DNA from: an uncultured virus (IMG/VR IMGVR_UViG_3300042519_001519)
Taxonomy: Duplodnaviria; Heunggongvirae; Uroviricota; Caudoviricetes
Strand: one strand, 5' to 3'
DNA: 64,000 nt
IMG/VR virus record: IMGVR_UViG_3300042519_001519
Coordinates: 1 to 64,000 of that record
The number at the start of each line of letters is the position of its first letter. Within the stretch, counting starts at the first letter, position 1. The translations under genes were made by a program, and so were the position numbers. The notes beneath the pieces were generated by a model that saw nothing but the letters and a program-made list of their open reading frames with translations, was not told the DNA's origin and searched no databases. Below are positions 30,719 through 39,387 of the stretch, in pieces.

Positions 30719-31450
30719 ATGCTACGCTATATAATCATAGCACTGTTATCAATAAATTCACTCTATTCCCAGGTACAATTTCAAGTGCCTGGGATTACAG
30801 TGTCTCCGTCTAATACCATAGATCTACCTGTAGCTATTCTAACAAATGGAAATGCAGTAGGGAGTTTAGAATTTGCTTTAAATTACGATCAAAGCATTTT
30901 ACAATTCTCAGAAATAATTTTATCTGAAAAAGCACAAACCTGGTTAACCTATACAATGGATACCGGAAGTGGAAAAGTAAGATGGGGAGGATATGATAGA
31001 ACACATGGACAGCATACTGTAACAGCTCCAACAGAATTATTCATATTAAAATTTACAGTACTTAATCCTAACTGGACTACAACTCCTATAACCGTAGGAA
31101 GAAAGACAGCTGGAAATGTACAAGGGTGGGATATCGCTGTAACTAATACAGATGGTTATATCAACTATAATAGGTATGCAGCTCCTTTAGATGAAGATGG
31201 AATTCACGGAAAAGTATATCCAGTACCTACAGATGGAATTATAACAATGGAGATGTCTTTACCAGTGAGTGGAGATTATGAAATTGCAGTTTACGACATG
31301 GGAGGAAATCAACTAAGTATAAAGAAAGAACGTTTTGCAAAAGGACCGAATACTACTTATGGAGATCTAACTGCTTACCCAAGTGGTAACTATTTATTAA
31401 ATATAAGAAGTAAGAACTTCGCAAAAACATTTAAAGTAATAAAAAAATAA
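30719..31450 (+). CDS. Cohesin-like protein with a T9SS type-A C-terminal sorting domain
   Basis: Signal peptide (YS/Q); VGSLEFALNYDQSILQF...LFILKFTV; KVYPVPT...VYDMGG...SGNYLLNI...KTFKVIKK. Confidence 0.8.
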   Translation: MLRYIIIALLSINSLYSQVQFQVPGITVSPSNTIDLPVAILTNGNAVGSLEFALNYDQSILQFSEIILSEKAQTWLTYTMDTGSGKVRWGGYDRTHGQHTVTAPTELFILKFTVLNPNWTTTPITVGRKTAGNVQGWDIAVTNTDGYINYNRYAAPLDEDGIHGKVYPVPTDGIITMEMSLPVSGDYEIAVYDMGGNQLSIKKERFAKGPNTTYGDLTAYPSGNYLLNIRSKNFAKTFKVIKK

Positions 31451-31453
31451 GCT

Positions 31454-31777
31454 ATGTCAGAAGAAACAAACAACGAAGGTGGATTATCAGGATTGAAAAA
31501 AACCTTAATCGGAACTCTAACTACAGTAATCGGTGGAGCAGGTATTTGGGTATCAACAACTTTATTCGGAGGTCACTCAGAAGATAAAGAAGAAGTGAAA
31601 ACAGAACAAGTAGCACCAGCACCAGCAGCAGCACCTGTCATTAATGTTAATTTGGAGAACAACAACACCAACCAACAAAAACAACAATCAAACAACTCTA
31701 ATTCAGCTAAAGCCGCTCCTGCTCCAGTTCAACAAGCAGCACCAGCACCAGCTCCTGCTCAAAAAGAATCTTGGTAA
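31454..31777 (+). CDS. Single-pass membrane protein with a low-complexity Ala/Pro/Gln tail
   Basis: Hydrophobic segment LIGTLTTVIGGAGIWVSTTLF. Confidence 0.6.
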   Translation: MSEETNNEGGLSGLKKTLIGTLTTVIGGAGIWVSTTLFGGHSEDKEEVKTEQVAPAPAAAPVINVNLENNNTNQQKQQSNNSNSAKAAPAPVQQAAPAPAPAQKESW

Positions 31778-31780
31778 TAG

Positions 31781-32050
31781 ATGGAAGAGACAAAAGGGTT
31801 CATGGATACATTCCTGTCTAAACTAAAGGAACAGTCTTTTACTATAATAGTTATGGTAGGAATAATCTGGTACCAGGGAGTGATGATGGAAGAAAGAGTT
31901 GCCTATTGGCAAAAACTCTATGAGGCTCAAAAGGCTTATATTGAGGAAACTACTAAAGAAGATAAAGCAATTTTATTAGAAAGAGTAAAAGATTTAACAG
32001 ATCAAAGAGAAAAGTATATAGAAGATTTATTAATACAAAAAAATAAATAA
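31781..32050 (+). CDS. Small membrane protein with coiled coil
   Basis: FTIIVMVGIIWY segment followed by heptads. Confidence 0.55.
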   Translation: MEETKGFMDTFLSKLKEQSFTIIVMVGIIWYQGVMMEERVAYWQKLYEAQKAYIEETTKEDKAILLERVKDLTDQREKYIEDLLIQKNK

Positions 32051-32052
32051 AA

Positions 32053-33036
32053 ATGGCAGACGAAACAATCGGAGTTGTAGTAGGTAACGAACAAGCAGGT
32101 GCATCAGCAGAAGCACACGCGGGAACAGAAGTAACAGATACATCAGTATCAGCAAATGCCGGAGTATCAGCCGAGGCTCATGCCAATGTAGAAAATACAA
32201 CCGAAGTTGTAGAAGGAGTAGATATTAATTCAGAAGCACACGCTACAGCAGAAGCATCAGTAGAAGCACAAGCACAAGCAGGATGGGATGGACATGACGC
32301 TTCAGCATCAGCTGGAGTAACAGCTGAAGTAAAAGTAGAGGTAGAAGCTTCAACAGAAGTAGAAACTGATTACGGAACAGCAGGAGTACATGCCGGAGCA
32401 TATGCAGAAGCACATGCAGGAGTAGAAGCAAATGCTTCAATAGGAGAACATGGAGCTGAAGCTAACGCAGGAGCATCAGTGGGAACATCAGTAGGAGTAG
32501 AAGCAGGAGTAACAGCACAATCAGGTGATGTATCAGCAGAAGCAAATGCAGGAGTATCTGTAGGGGTACAAGCAGGAGCAGAAGTTGGAGGTGGAGCTAC
32601 TTACGATGATGGAGCTATCACATTAGGAGTTGAAGGTGAATTAGCACTTTTAGTTGGTGTAGATGTAGACGCATCAGTAACTATAGATGTATCGGATGAA
32701 GTAGAAGCAGCTAAAGCAGCGGCAGAAGAAGCGGCTAAAGCAGCAGCAGATTTATTAGCATCTCAAGAAGCAGCTGAAGCACAACGTGTAGCAGAAGAAA
32801 CAGCAGCAGAAACAAAACGTGTAGCAGATGAAGCAGCTAGAGTATTAGCAGAACAAGCTGCAGCAACTGAGAGAAGATTAGCTGAAGAAGCAGCAGCAGC
32901 TCAAAGAGAATTAGAAAGACAAGCAAGAGAAGCTCAAGACGTACTTGATAGAAAAGCAAGAGAAGCTCAAGATGCACTTAATAATGCAGGTAAAGCAATA
33001 GAAAAAAGTAAAGCTAATCCAAGAAATTGGTTCTAA
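32053..33036 (+). CDS. Ala/Gly/Val/Glu-rich repetitive beta-strand protein with a C-terminal coiled coil
   Basis: Repeated AxAGVSAEAHA-type strands; EAAKAAAEE helix. Confidence 0.65.
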   Translation: MADETIGVVVGNEQAGASAEAHAGTEVTDTSVSANAGVSAEAHANVENTTEVVEGVDINSEAHATAEASVEAQAQAGWDGHDASASAGVTAEVKVEVEASTEVETDYGTAGVHAGAYAEAHAGVEANASIGEHGAEANAGASVGTSVGVEAGVTAQSGDVSAEANAGVSVGVQAGAEVGGGATYDDGAITLGVEGELALLVGVDVDASVTIDVSDEVEAAKAAAEEAAKAAADLLASQEAAEAQRVAEETAAETKRVADEAARVLAEQAAATERRLAEEAAAAQRELERQAREAQDVLDRKAREAQDALNNAGKAIEKSKANPRNWF

Positions 33037-33749
33037 TGGTAAGAAAATTAATATTTATACTATTTTTATTAGCAAGCATAATAGGCTCTGCTCAAAAAGT
33101 AGGGTCTGTTAAAACTGAAGTCTACCAAGCCGATTTTGAAAAGAAGCAATCATTAGAGGTTGTATCTGATTATAGCGGAGACATAGTCATCCCTATTCAG
33201 ATCCTTAAGATTGGTATCAATGAGGAATTATATGAAATGTACCCTGAACTAAAAGATAAAAGAGTTGGTTTAGGAGTATCAAATATAGTATTAGAGTATT
33301 TAGAGTCCACAAATAGATTTAAGTTTACAGAAGACAGAGAAGAAATAAAACAAAAAATGATTGCTCAACACATAGCTTCAGCTAAGGGTATATCAGAAAA
33401 TAAAATAGAAGTTAAAGGAAATGTTATATTAGCAAAGTATTTTGTTTATATAGAAGTCTATGATTTCAGCATAGGTGAGGATGAAGAAGTTTCAACCTCT
33501 GGAGCTGAGATAAGACAAAAAACAATATTAGGGTTACAAGTAAGATTTGTGGATGCACAGAGCGGTGAAATAATTACTGGATCAGGATCCGGTGAAGCAG
33601 TTACAGTGAAGAAGGCAAGCTTATTAGATGGACTCGACGATATTAAATTTAATCAATCAACAATCGGAGTATCTACCAAAAAGTCATTAGAAACTGCCTC
33701 TTCAAGAGTAGTATCAAAAATGATTAAAAAGGGGATATTTCCGAACTAA
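33036..33749 (+). CDS. CsgG/HfaB-like envelope protein
   Basis: Signal peptide (SA/Q); LEYLESTNRFKFTEDRE and LGLQVRFVDAQSGEII motifs; start placed at the TAATG overlap. Confidence 0.75.
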   Translation: MVRKLIFILFLLASIIGSAQKVGSVKTEVYQADFEKKQSLEVVSDYSGDIVIPIQILKIGINEELYEMYPELKDKRVGLGVSNIVLEYLESTNRFKFTEDREEIKQKMIAQHIASAKGISENKIEVKGNVILAKYFVYIEVYDFSIGEDEEVSTSGAEIRQKTILGLQVRFVDAQSGEIITGSGSGEAVTVKKASLLDGLDDIKFNQSTIGVSTKKSLETASSRVVSKMIKKGIFPN

Positions 33750-35179
33750 TGAAAAAATGGATTTCTTTATTTATATTCTTTGCTTTCCTACAGGCTTCAG
33801 CCCAGTACAGCTACACCTATACAGATCCGTGTACACTACAATCCAAGAGCGTATTCGTACCTGCTGGGGGAAATGTAATGGTAAACTACTTTGATAACCA
33901 TAATACATTTTCTGCAAATGACTTCTCCTCAGGAGTCTTCGATAACTGGATAACTCTAGTATCTCAACAAAATTCAAACTCACCTTGTGAATCAGTAACT
34001 ACAGCTATTGTAAATAGTATAACCAATGTAACAGTTGCTAACACATTAACTGTTGTTACAAATGTAATATCAGTAACAAACGTAGCTCAATCCATAGCGA
34101 CCATAGGAGGATCTATGGGAAGCTCTATGACAGCTACAGCCGGAGGCGTAACAAACTCTTCACAAAGTGAAGGAGGTAGTACTAACCAAAACTCAAAAGA
34201 TGAAAAAAAATCCGATTCAAATACCAATTCAGGAACAAATACAGGAACTACTGGAACAAGCCCAACAGGTAACCAAAGTCAAGGAGGCCAAACCACTTCT
34301 AACCCTTCTGGAGGAACACCTACAGGATCTTCAACAGGAACACCTCAACAAGGAGGAGAAACTACAAGTCCAAATCAACCAGCTTCAACAGGAGGTTCAT
34401 CGTCTGAGTCGTCTGTAGAAGGTTCAAGCGGTGGAGGAAGTAATTTAGCTAACTCTTTATCCAACTCTGTAGATGGAGGATCATCTGACGGAGGAAGTTC
34501 AGGCGGTGGAGGAACATCAGGCGGTGGTAAAAAATCTAATAATGCAGCTAAAAGTGTAGGAAGTTTAATTGCCTCAGGAGATATAGTAGCTATTGCCAAT
34601 ACTGATCAAACTCAGAACTTTAGATTTGTAGGAAGTATAACTCATGCCAATACTAGAGGAACTAGAATCAAAGGAGTATTATTCAATTATACCTCAGGAG
34701 TTAATAACTTAAATGTTACTTTTTATAAATCCTGGATTAATAAATCTAAAAAATTAAACACAGTAGGAGCTCAATCCATTATGATGGATTTTGATAAAAA
34801 TTTCTTTAGTACAACGACAGTATTAGAATCATATAAAGTAAGTAACAAACTAACAGGAATGTTTGGTGTCAATTTTACAGCAGGTAAAATGGGAGAAAGA
34901 GCTTTATTGAATCTATCAGCTGTAGGTGGAGCACATAGTAGTTTTAAACTAAGCGATAGAGTTAGTACTAGCGTACTTGTATTAGGAGTATACTCTCCAT
35001 TCACTCAGTTCTACGAAGGTAAATGGTGGGATGCTGGCATAATAGTAGTACCATTTAATTCATGGGATTTAAAAATAACTAAGACATTTAAGTTTAATGT
35101 AAGTTTTACAGGAGTATACGAAGCAGGTAAAGAATTTTTAAATTACCAAATATTAACAGGTGGTAAATTGACATTTTAA
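33749..35179 (+). CDS. Secreted protein with a Ser/Gly/Thr linker and a putative C-terminal outer-membrane beta-barrel
   Basis: Signal peptide (SA/Q); alternating-hydrophobic strands; ends GGKLTF (beta-signal-like terminal Phe). Confidence 0.65.
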   Translation: MKKWISLFIFFAFLQASAQYSYTYTDPCTLQSKSVFVPAGGNVMVNYFDNHNTFSANDFSSGVFDNWITLVSQQNSNSPCESVTTAIVNSITNVTVANTLTVVTNVISVTNVAQSIATIGGSMGSSMTATAGGVTNSSQSEGGSTNQNSKDEKKSDSNTNSGTNTGTTGTSPTGNQSQGGQTTSNPSGGTPTGSSTGTPQQGGETTSPNQPASTGGSSSESSVEGSSGGGSNLANSLSNSVDGGSSDGGSSGGGGTSGGGKKSNNAAKSVGSLIASGDIVAIANTDQTQNFRFVGSITHANTRGTRIKGVLFNYTSGVNNLNVTFYKSWINKSKKLNTVGAQSIMMDFDKNFFSTTTVLESYKVSNKLTGMFGVNFTAGKMGERALLNLSAVGGAHSSFKLSDRVSTSVLVLGVYSPFTQFYEGKWWDAGIIVVPFNSWDLKITKTFKFNVSFTGVYEAGKEFLNYQILTGGKLTF

Positions 35180-35181
35180 TT

Positions 35182-35250
35182 ATGAAAAAATTAAATCAAT
35201 TATTTGAAAGGTTTTACGATAAGGTATCAAATTTCCTTTTTGGAAGATAA
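35182..35250 (+). CDS. 22-aa amphipathic peptide MKKLNQLFERFYDKVSNFLFGR (not in the ORF track)
   Basis: ATG 2 nt after the previous stop; fills the gap; amphipathic helix pattern. Confidence 0.4.
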   Translation: MKKLNQLFERFYDKVSNFLFGR

Positions 35251-35264
35251 AACAGTTTAGTATT

Positions 35265-35720
35265 ATGAAAAAATTATTTTTATTATTAGCATTAGTATTT
35301 TTAGTATCAGCTGATACAACTACTAAGGAATGTTATAAAGTAACAAAAGTGTCTTCACAAGTTGAAGCACCTGAAATGAAAAAAGAAAGAGTTGTATTCG
35401 GAATTAAACAAATGACAGAAGAAATTCTATCTGAAAAGCATGACATATGTGAAGATGGAACTCCAGTAGAAGTAGAAGTACTATCAGTTGAAGCACCTTC
35501 CACAAATACATCTTTAGGTCCATTCTCTAAAACTAAAAAAATTACTATTGTAAAATTAAGACTTATAATAGGAAAAGAGGAATACTGGGGTCAAGGAGAA
35601 GCAAACGTAACAGTTCAATCAACATTCTTAGATTTGAACGACGATAACTTACCATTTAACAAGACTGCATTCTCAGGAGCAGTTAAAAAAGCTTTAGTAG
35701 AAGCTGTTGGAGAAATGTAA
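35265..35720 (+). CDS. Secreted protein, divergent paralog of the CsgG-like protein
   Basis: GQGEANV...LDLNDDNLPFNKTAFSGAVKKAL aligns by eye with GSGEAV...LDGLDDIKFNQSTIGVSTKKSL. Confidence 0.6.
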   Translation: MKKLFLLLALVFLVSADTTTKECYKVTKVSSQVEAPEMKKERVVFGIKQMTEEILSEKHDICEDGTPVEVEVLSVEAPSTNTSLGPFSKTKKITIVKLRLIIGKEEYWGQGEANVTVQSTFLDLNDDNLPFNKTAFSGAVKKALVEAVGEM

Positions 35721-35737
35721 AAAATTTCGTATCTTTA
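35707..35737 (+). promoter_or_regulatory. Bacteroidota-type promoter TTG-N20-TATCTTTA
   Basis: Repeated motif. Confidence 0.7.
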
Positions 35738-35741
35738 AGAT

Positions 35742-35945
35742 ATGGAAGAATTCACTTTTAAATTTAGAGGAAAGACATACCGACTTACAGACAAGTGGGA
35801 GGAAACCTGTGTGAATGATTCTAAAGTTTTTCAGATACAGCAATTCAAATATGTAGACAAAGTAGGTGATTATGTTACTATGGAAAATAGAATAAATAAT
35901 CAGATAATGCTTGGATACCTGGAAGAAATTTCGTATATTAAATAA
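35742..35945 (+). CDS. Hypothetical protein
   Basis: ORF directly after a promoter. Confidence 0.5.
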   Translation: MEEFTFKFRGKTYRLTDKWEETCVNDSKVFQIQQFKYVDKVGDYVTMENRINNQIMLGYLEEISYIK

Positions 35946-35963
35946 TAATCAAAAATCAAATTT

Positions 35964-36119
35964 ATGTCTAAAAATTCAGCAAAGAGTATCTATACTCAAC
36001 TAATGGAATGGATTCCTACACTGAACCGTCCAAAACAAGCCGTAGAACAATCATCAACTAAATTCAGCAAAGCTGATCACTACAAATCAAAAGGAGCATA
36101 TGGCAAAGCAGGTAATTAA
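35964..36119 (+). CDS. 51-aa basic hypothetical protein (not in the ORF track)
   Basis: MSKNSAKSIYTQLMEW...; A-rich leader; fills the intergenic gap. Confidence 0.5.
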   Translation: MSKNSAKSIYTQLMEWIPTLNRPKQAVEQSSTKFSKADHYKSKGAYGKAGN

Positions 36120-36366
36120 ATTTTTCGCCGATTGGTGTGGACCTTGTAAGATCTACGGACCATCTTTTACTCAAGTGAGAGAAGAATTAGAAAGTGATGA
36201 GATTACTTTCTTAGAAATTAATGTTGAAAATGATCCTGAAAATTTAGCAGGTGAATACGGAGTAAGAGGAATTCCTCATACGGTAGTTGTACAAGAGGGA
36301 GTAGAACCAAAAGCTGCATCCGGAAGACTAGGAGTAGAAGAATTAAAAGAATTTATTTTAAACTAA
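36100..36366 (+). CDS. Thioredoxin
   Basis: FFADWCGPCK, GIP. Confidence 0.93.
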   Translation: MAKQVIKFFADWCGPCKIYGPSFTQVREELESDEITFLEINVENDPENLAGEYGVRGIPHTVVVQEGVEPKAASGRLGVEELKEFILN

Positions 36367-36378
36367 AAACTAAAACAA

Positions 36379-36687
36379 ATGTTACGTAATCCAAACACAA
36401 TACCAGCAGGTGATACAGTTATCGAGGATCCAATCATGGAGCCATTCTTCATTACGCATTCTTCATCAGGAGGATATACAGTTTACGAAAGAGTAAACAG
36501 AGGTAAAGATGATAAAGCATATCTGAGAACTGTATGCTATCCAGCCACATTCAATTATGCATTGAGAGCTGTTTCAAAAGAGCTATTAAGTTTTAATAGT
36601 AACAAGCACTTTAAGACAATAAAGGAATATATTGAAACTTGGGACTCTATTGAGCAAAGTATGAAGACAATGACTACTATCGGATAA
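36379..36687 (+). CDS. Hypothetical protein
   Basis: ORF in operon. Confidence 0.6.
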   Translation: MLRNPNTIPAGDTVIEDPIMEPFFITHSSSGGYTVYERVNRGKDDKAYLRTVCYPATFNYALRAVSKELLSFNSNKHFKTIKEYIETWDSIEQSMKTMTTIG

Positions 36688-36697
36688 GAAAGAGAAT

Positions 36698-36847
36698 ATG
36701 GTAGAGACATTTAGACATGCGATGGGACTATGTGGAGAGCATTGGCACCCTAATTTATTAAATATTTCTGCATTTTCTGTTGCCTTCGGAGGAAGTATTT
36801 CATATATTAAGTATAAAATAAAATCATTATGGAAGAAGCAGGATTAA
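36698..36847 (+). CDS. 49-aa membrane peptide (HAMGLCGEHWHP; not in the ORF track)
   Basis: His/Cys cluster followed by a hydrophobic segment. Confidence 0.45.
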   Translation: MVETFRHAMGLCGEHWHPNLLNISAFSVAFGGSISYIKYKIKSLWKKQD

Positions 36848-37032
36848 TATCGTTATACGATTATTTAGGTTATGCAGCCGGGGGTGAATTAGGTAAACAG
36901 GTAGCTACAGCTGCTGCTAAGTCTAAAGAGAAGATTGGCAAAAGAGCAATCAGCAATACTCGATATAAAGGAGAAGTATTGTTATACCGTAGAGAGTTCT
37001 TACAAGAGTATTTTAAAACTCAACAACTATAG
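36829..37032 (+). CDS. Hypothetical protein
   Basis: ORF downstream of the promoter at 36780-36810. Confidence 0.55.
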   Translation: MEEAGLISLYDYLGYAAGGELGKQVATAAAKSKEKIGKRAISNTRYKGEVLLYRREFLQEYFKTQQL

Positions 37033-37080
37033 CGTTTGCCTATACGCTTAAAATACCTGGCTTATTTAAAATTATAAATT

Positions 37081-37971
37081 ATGTCTAAAAAACATGTTGT
37101 AGTATCCTTAAGTGGAGGAATGGACTCAAGTACATTATTACTTAGATGTCTAAAAGAGTATGATAGTGTAACAGCTATCTCATTTGACTATGGTCAAAAA
37201 CACAGAGTAGAGCTAGATAGAGCTCAATCATTGGTGAATTATATAAATTCAAACGATTCTATTGAAGCTAATGGAAGTAATTACATATTTTACCCAAAAG
37301 TAAACTATCGCCAAATCAAACTAGACGGATTAGTTGACTTACTAGATTCAGCTTTAGTAACTGGAGGTGAAGATGTACCAGAAGGTCACTATGCAGAAGA
37401 TAATATGAAAGCAACAGTTGTTCCTAACAGAAACAAAATATTTGCTTCTATTACTCAAGCAATAGCTTTATCAGTTGCTCAAAGAACAGGTGAATTTTGT
37501 AGTATTGCTTTAGGTATTCACGCTGGAGATCATGCAATTTATCCTGATTGTAGACAAGAATTCCGTGATGCTGATGATTATGCATTTAGAATAGGAAATT
37601 GGGGAGCTGAAAATGTAGGGTATTTTACACCTTACTTGAAAGGAGATAAATTTACTATCTTACAAGACGGAGAAGTATTATGTGAAGAATTAGGATTAAA
37701 TTTTGATGAAGTTTATAAAAGAACTAACACATCTTATAAACCAATTTGGATACCTGGACCTGAAAGTAACTCAAGAGTAGAAGAAACACTTAGAACTAAA
37801 TTTGGAGAATGGTACTCAGATTATAAATCAGCTTCATCAGTTGAAAGAGTAGAAGCATTTATTAAATTAGGAAGAAAAGATCCAGCTCCTTATGCAGACG
37901 AAACAGGACCAGTAACATGGGAACATGTGGTAGCAGAGGTAACAAAAGTATTAGATAACCATAACAATTAA
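37081..37971 (+). CDS. queC: 7-cyano-7-deazaguanine synthase
   Basis: SLSGGMDS, FDYGQKH, TVVPNRN, HAGDHAIYPDCR. Confidence 0.95.
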   Translation: MSKKHVVVSLSGGMDSSTLLLRCLKEYDSVTAISFDYGQKHRVELDRAQSLVNYINSNDSIEANGSNYIFYPKVNYRQIKLDGLVDLLDSALVTGGEDVPEGHYAEDNMKATVVPNRNKIFASITQAIALSVAQRTGEFCSIALGIHAGDHAIYPDCRQEFRDADDYAFRIGNWGAENVGYFTPYLKGDKFTILQDGEVLCEELGLNFDEVYKRTNTSYKPIWIPGPESNSRVEETLRTKFGEWYSDYKSASSVERVEAFIKLGRKDPAPYADETGPVTWEHVVAEVTKVLDNHNN

Positions 37972-37975
37972 GATT

Positions 37976-38446
37976 ATGAACGAAACAAACAGCAACTGGC
38001 TGACAAACAATCCTTGTAATATAACTACAACAGGAATAACAACAGGAACATCCACTATAAACGGATACTCAGGAACAACAATATCCGGAAATTCTACAAC
38101 ACATATAAACGGAACAGTAGGAATGGGATGTATTAATCCTTCAGAAAAACTTACAATATCGGGAACAAACTTTAACCAAGGATTAACCCTACAAGGAAAT
38201 TCAACAATTAATTATTCAACAAATCAAATTCAAAATAACATGGCACCAAGACAAGTACAAGTAGCAGTATTCACAATCACAAGAGATGTAGATACAAATG
38301 AAATCAATTCAACAACATTTGTAAAAGAATTATGGGTTGAGCAAAAAAACGGAACATCAATCGATTTAATTGTTGCAAAAAAATTAGATAAAGATTTTGA
38401 TCCTGAATTTACAATTATTAAAGTACTTTCAACAGTATCTTTTTAA
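37976..38446 (+). CDS. Hypothetical protein with a Thr/Gly/Asn-rich N-terminus
   Basis: ORF; VGMGCINPSEKL resembles fibre-type VGIGTTNP repeats. Confidence 0.5.
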   Translation: MNETNSNWLTNNPCNITTTGITTGTSTINGYSGTTISGNSTTHINGTVGMGCINPSEKLTISGTNFNQGLTLQGNSTINYSTNQIQNNMAPRQVQVAVFTITRDVDTNEINSTTFVKELWVEQKNGTSIDLIVAKKLDKDFDPEFTIIKVLSTVSF

Positions 38447-38514
38447 TAAAAAAGTTGCTCAATTGAATTAAAGTTCGTATCTTTAAGTATTATTAATAAC
38501 AAAAGAAAGTAAAA

Positions 38515-38715
38515 ATGAAAAAAGTATTTTTAGTATTAGCATTAGTATCAGCAGTATTAGTGTCTTGTAAAAAAGTAGAAGCACCTGCAAGATTAACAAC
38601 AGTAGACTCAACAGCAGTAGTAGTTGATTCAGCATCAGTTGATACAACAGAAGAAGGTGCAATCATTGAAACTGAAAAAGTTCAGGATTCAATCGACGCT
38701 GCAACCACAAAGTAA
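38515..38715 (+). CDS. Small lipoprotein
   Basis: MKK-hydrophobic-LVSC lipobox; own promoter at 38455-38485. Confidence 0.75.
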   Translation: MKKVFLVLALVSAVLVSCKKVEAPARLTTVDSTAVVVDSASVDTTEEGAIIETEKVQDSIDAATTK

Positions 38716-38922
38716 AACACACCCCAGTAGATAGGTCCGCCAAGAAAGTCTTTAAACAACGTGGGAACTGCGGCTCTCCCAATGTGGCTGGAATGTTTTA
38801 AAATTACCAATGCTCGCTGTTAATTGAGAAGTAGAGTGTATTAATTTCCGAACAAGGGTTTATAGTAGGAAGGCGTCACTTATTGCACTCAATCAGAAAC
38901 CCTGAAAGACCAAGGTTGGTAA
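38714..38922 (+). ncRNA. Unassigned structured RNA (two pseudoknotted domains)
   Basis: CCAGT/GCTGG, TGGGA/TCCCA, CCGC/GCGG; TTACCAA/TTGGTAA enclosing crossed GAGTGTA/TGCACTC and AGGGTTT/AAACCCT. Confidence 0.5.
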
Positions 38923-38927
38923 AAAAA

Positions 38928-39015
38928 GAATCGGTTAGTGTCAACGGGAAAGTTCCTGCTAGGGTTAACATGGACGATAAGTCTGGATGAGGGTTCGAAT
39001 CCCTCACCGATTCCA
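38928..39015 (+). ncRNA. tRNA-like element with an expanded D-loop and an aberrant anticodon arm
   Basis: GAATCGGT/ACCGATTC stem; perfect T-arm GAGGG-TTCGAAT-CCCTC; no 7-nt anticodon loop. Confidence 0.6.
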
Positions 39016-39024
39016 AATTTTAAG

Positions 39025-39386
39025 ATTACCGTTCTTTGAATTTAAAAAACAAAACTATGGAACAAATTTTAGCATTTGTTTTAGGTGTTAGTATAGCTCT
39101 TCTTGTATGGGGAGTTGTGGTAGCGTTTAAGACAGTAAAGAAAGTAAAGCAGATTGAACAAAAGATTGCAGGACATCAAGAGTGGATTCAAAGAAACGAT
39201 GAGATGGTGAATCGTAGAATAGATCAAGAAGTTGATCGAACAAATAATGTCTTCAATGACTGTATCAGACATACAGATTCAAGAGTAGATAAATTAGAAC
39301 AAAAACTTACATCAATTGACAGAAACGGATGTGAGCCAGTTAAAGACAAGTTATTAAAAGGATAAATTAACCCAAAGAACGGTAAT
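39025..39386. repeat. 14-bp perfect inverted repeat flanking ORF 39057..39365
   Basis: ATTACCGTTCTTTG (39025-39038) / CAAAGAACGGTAAT (39373-39386). Confidence 0.85.
39057..39365 (+). CDS. Membrane-anchored coiled-coil protein
   Basis: N-terminal TM segment; ATG at 39057 with A-rich leader. Confidence 0.65.
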   Translation: MEQILAFVLGVSIALLVWGVVVAFKTVKKVKQIEQKIAGHQEWIQRNDEMVNRRIDQEVDRTNNVFNDCIRHTDSRVDKLEQKLTSIDRNGCEPVKDKLLKG

Positions 39387-39387
39387 T

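Noticed and set aside
38714..39015. tmRNA or RNase P RNA
   Set aside because: No Ala-type G3-U70 acceptor ends or tag ORF; no GAGGAAAGUCC/CGGCUUA P4 match
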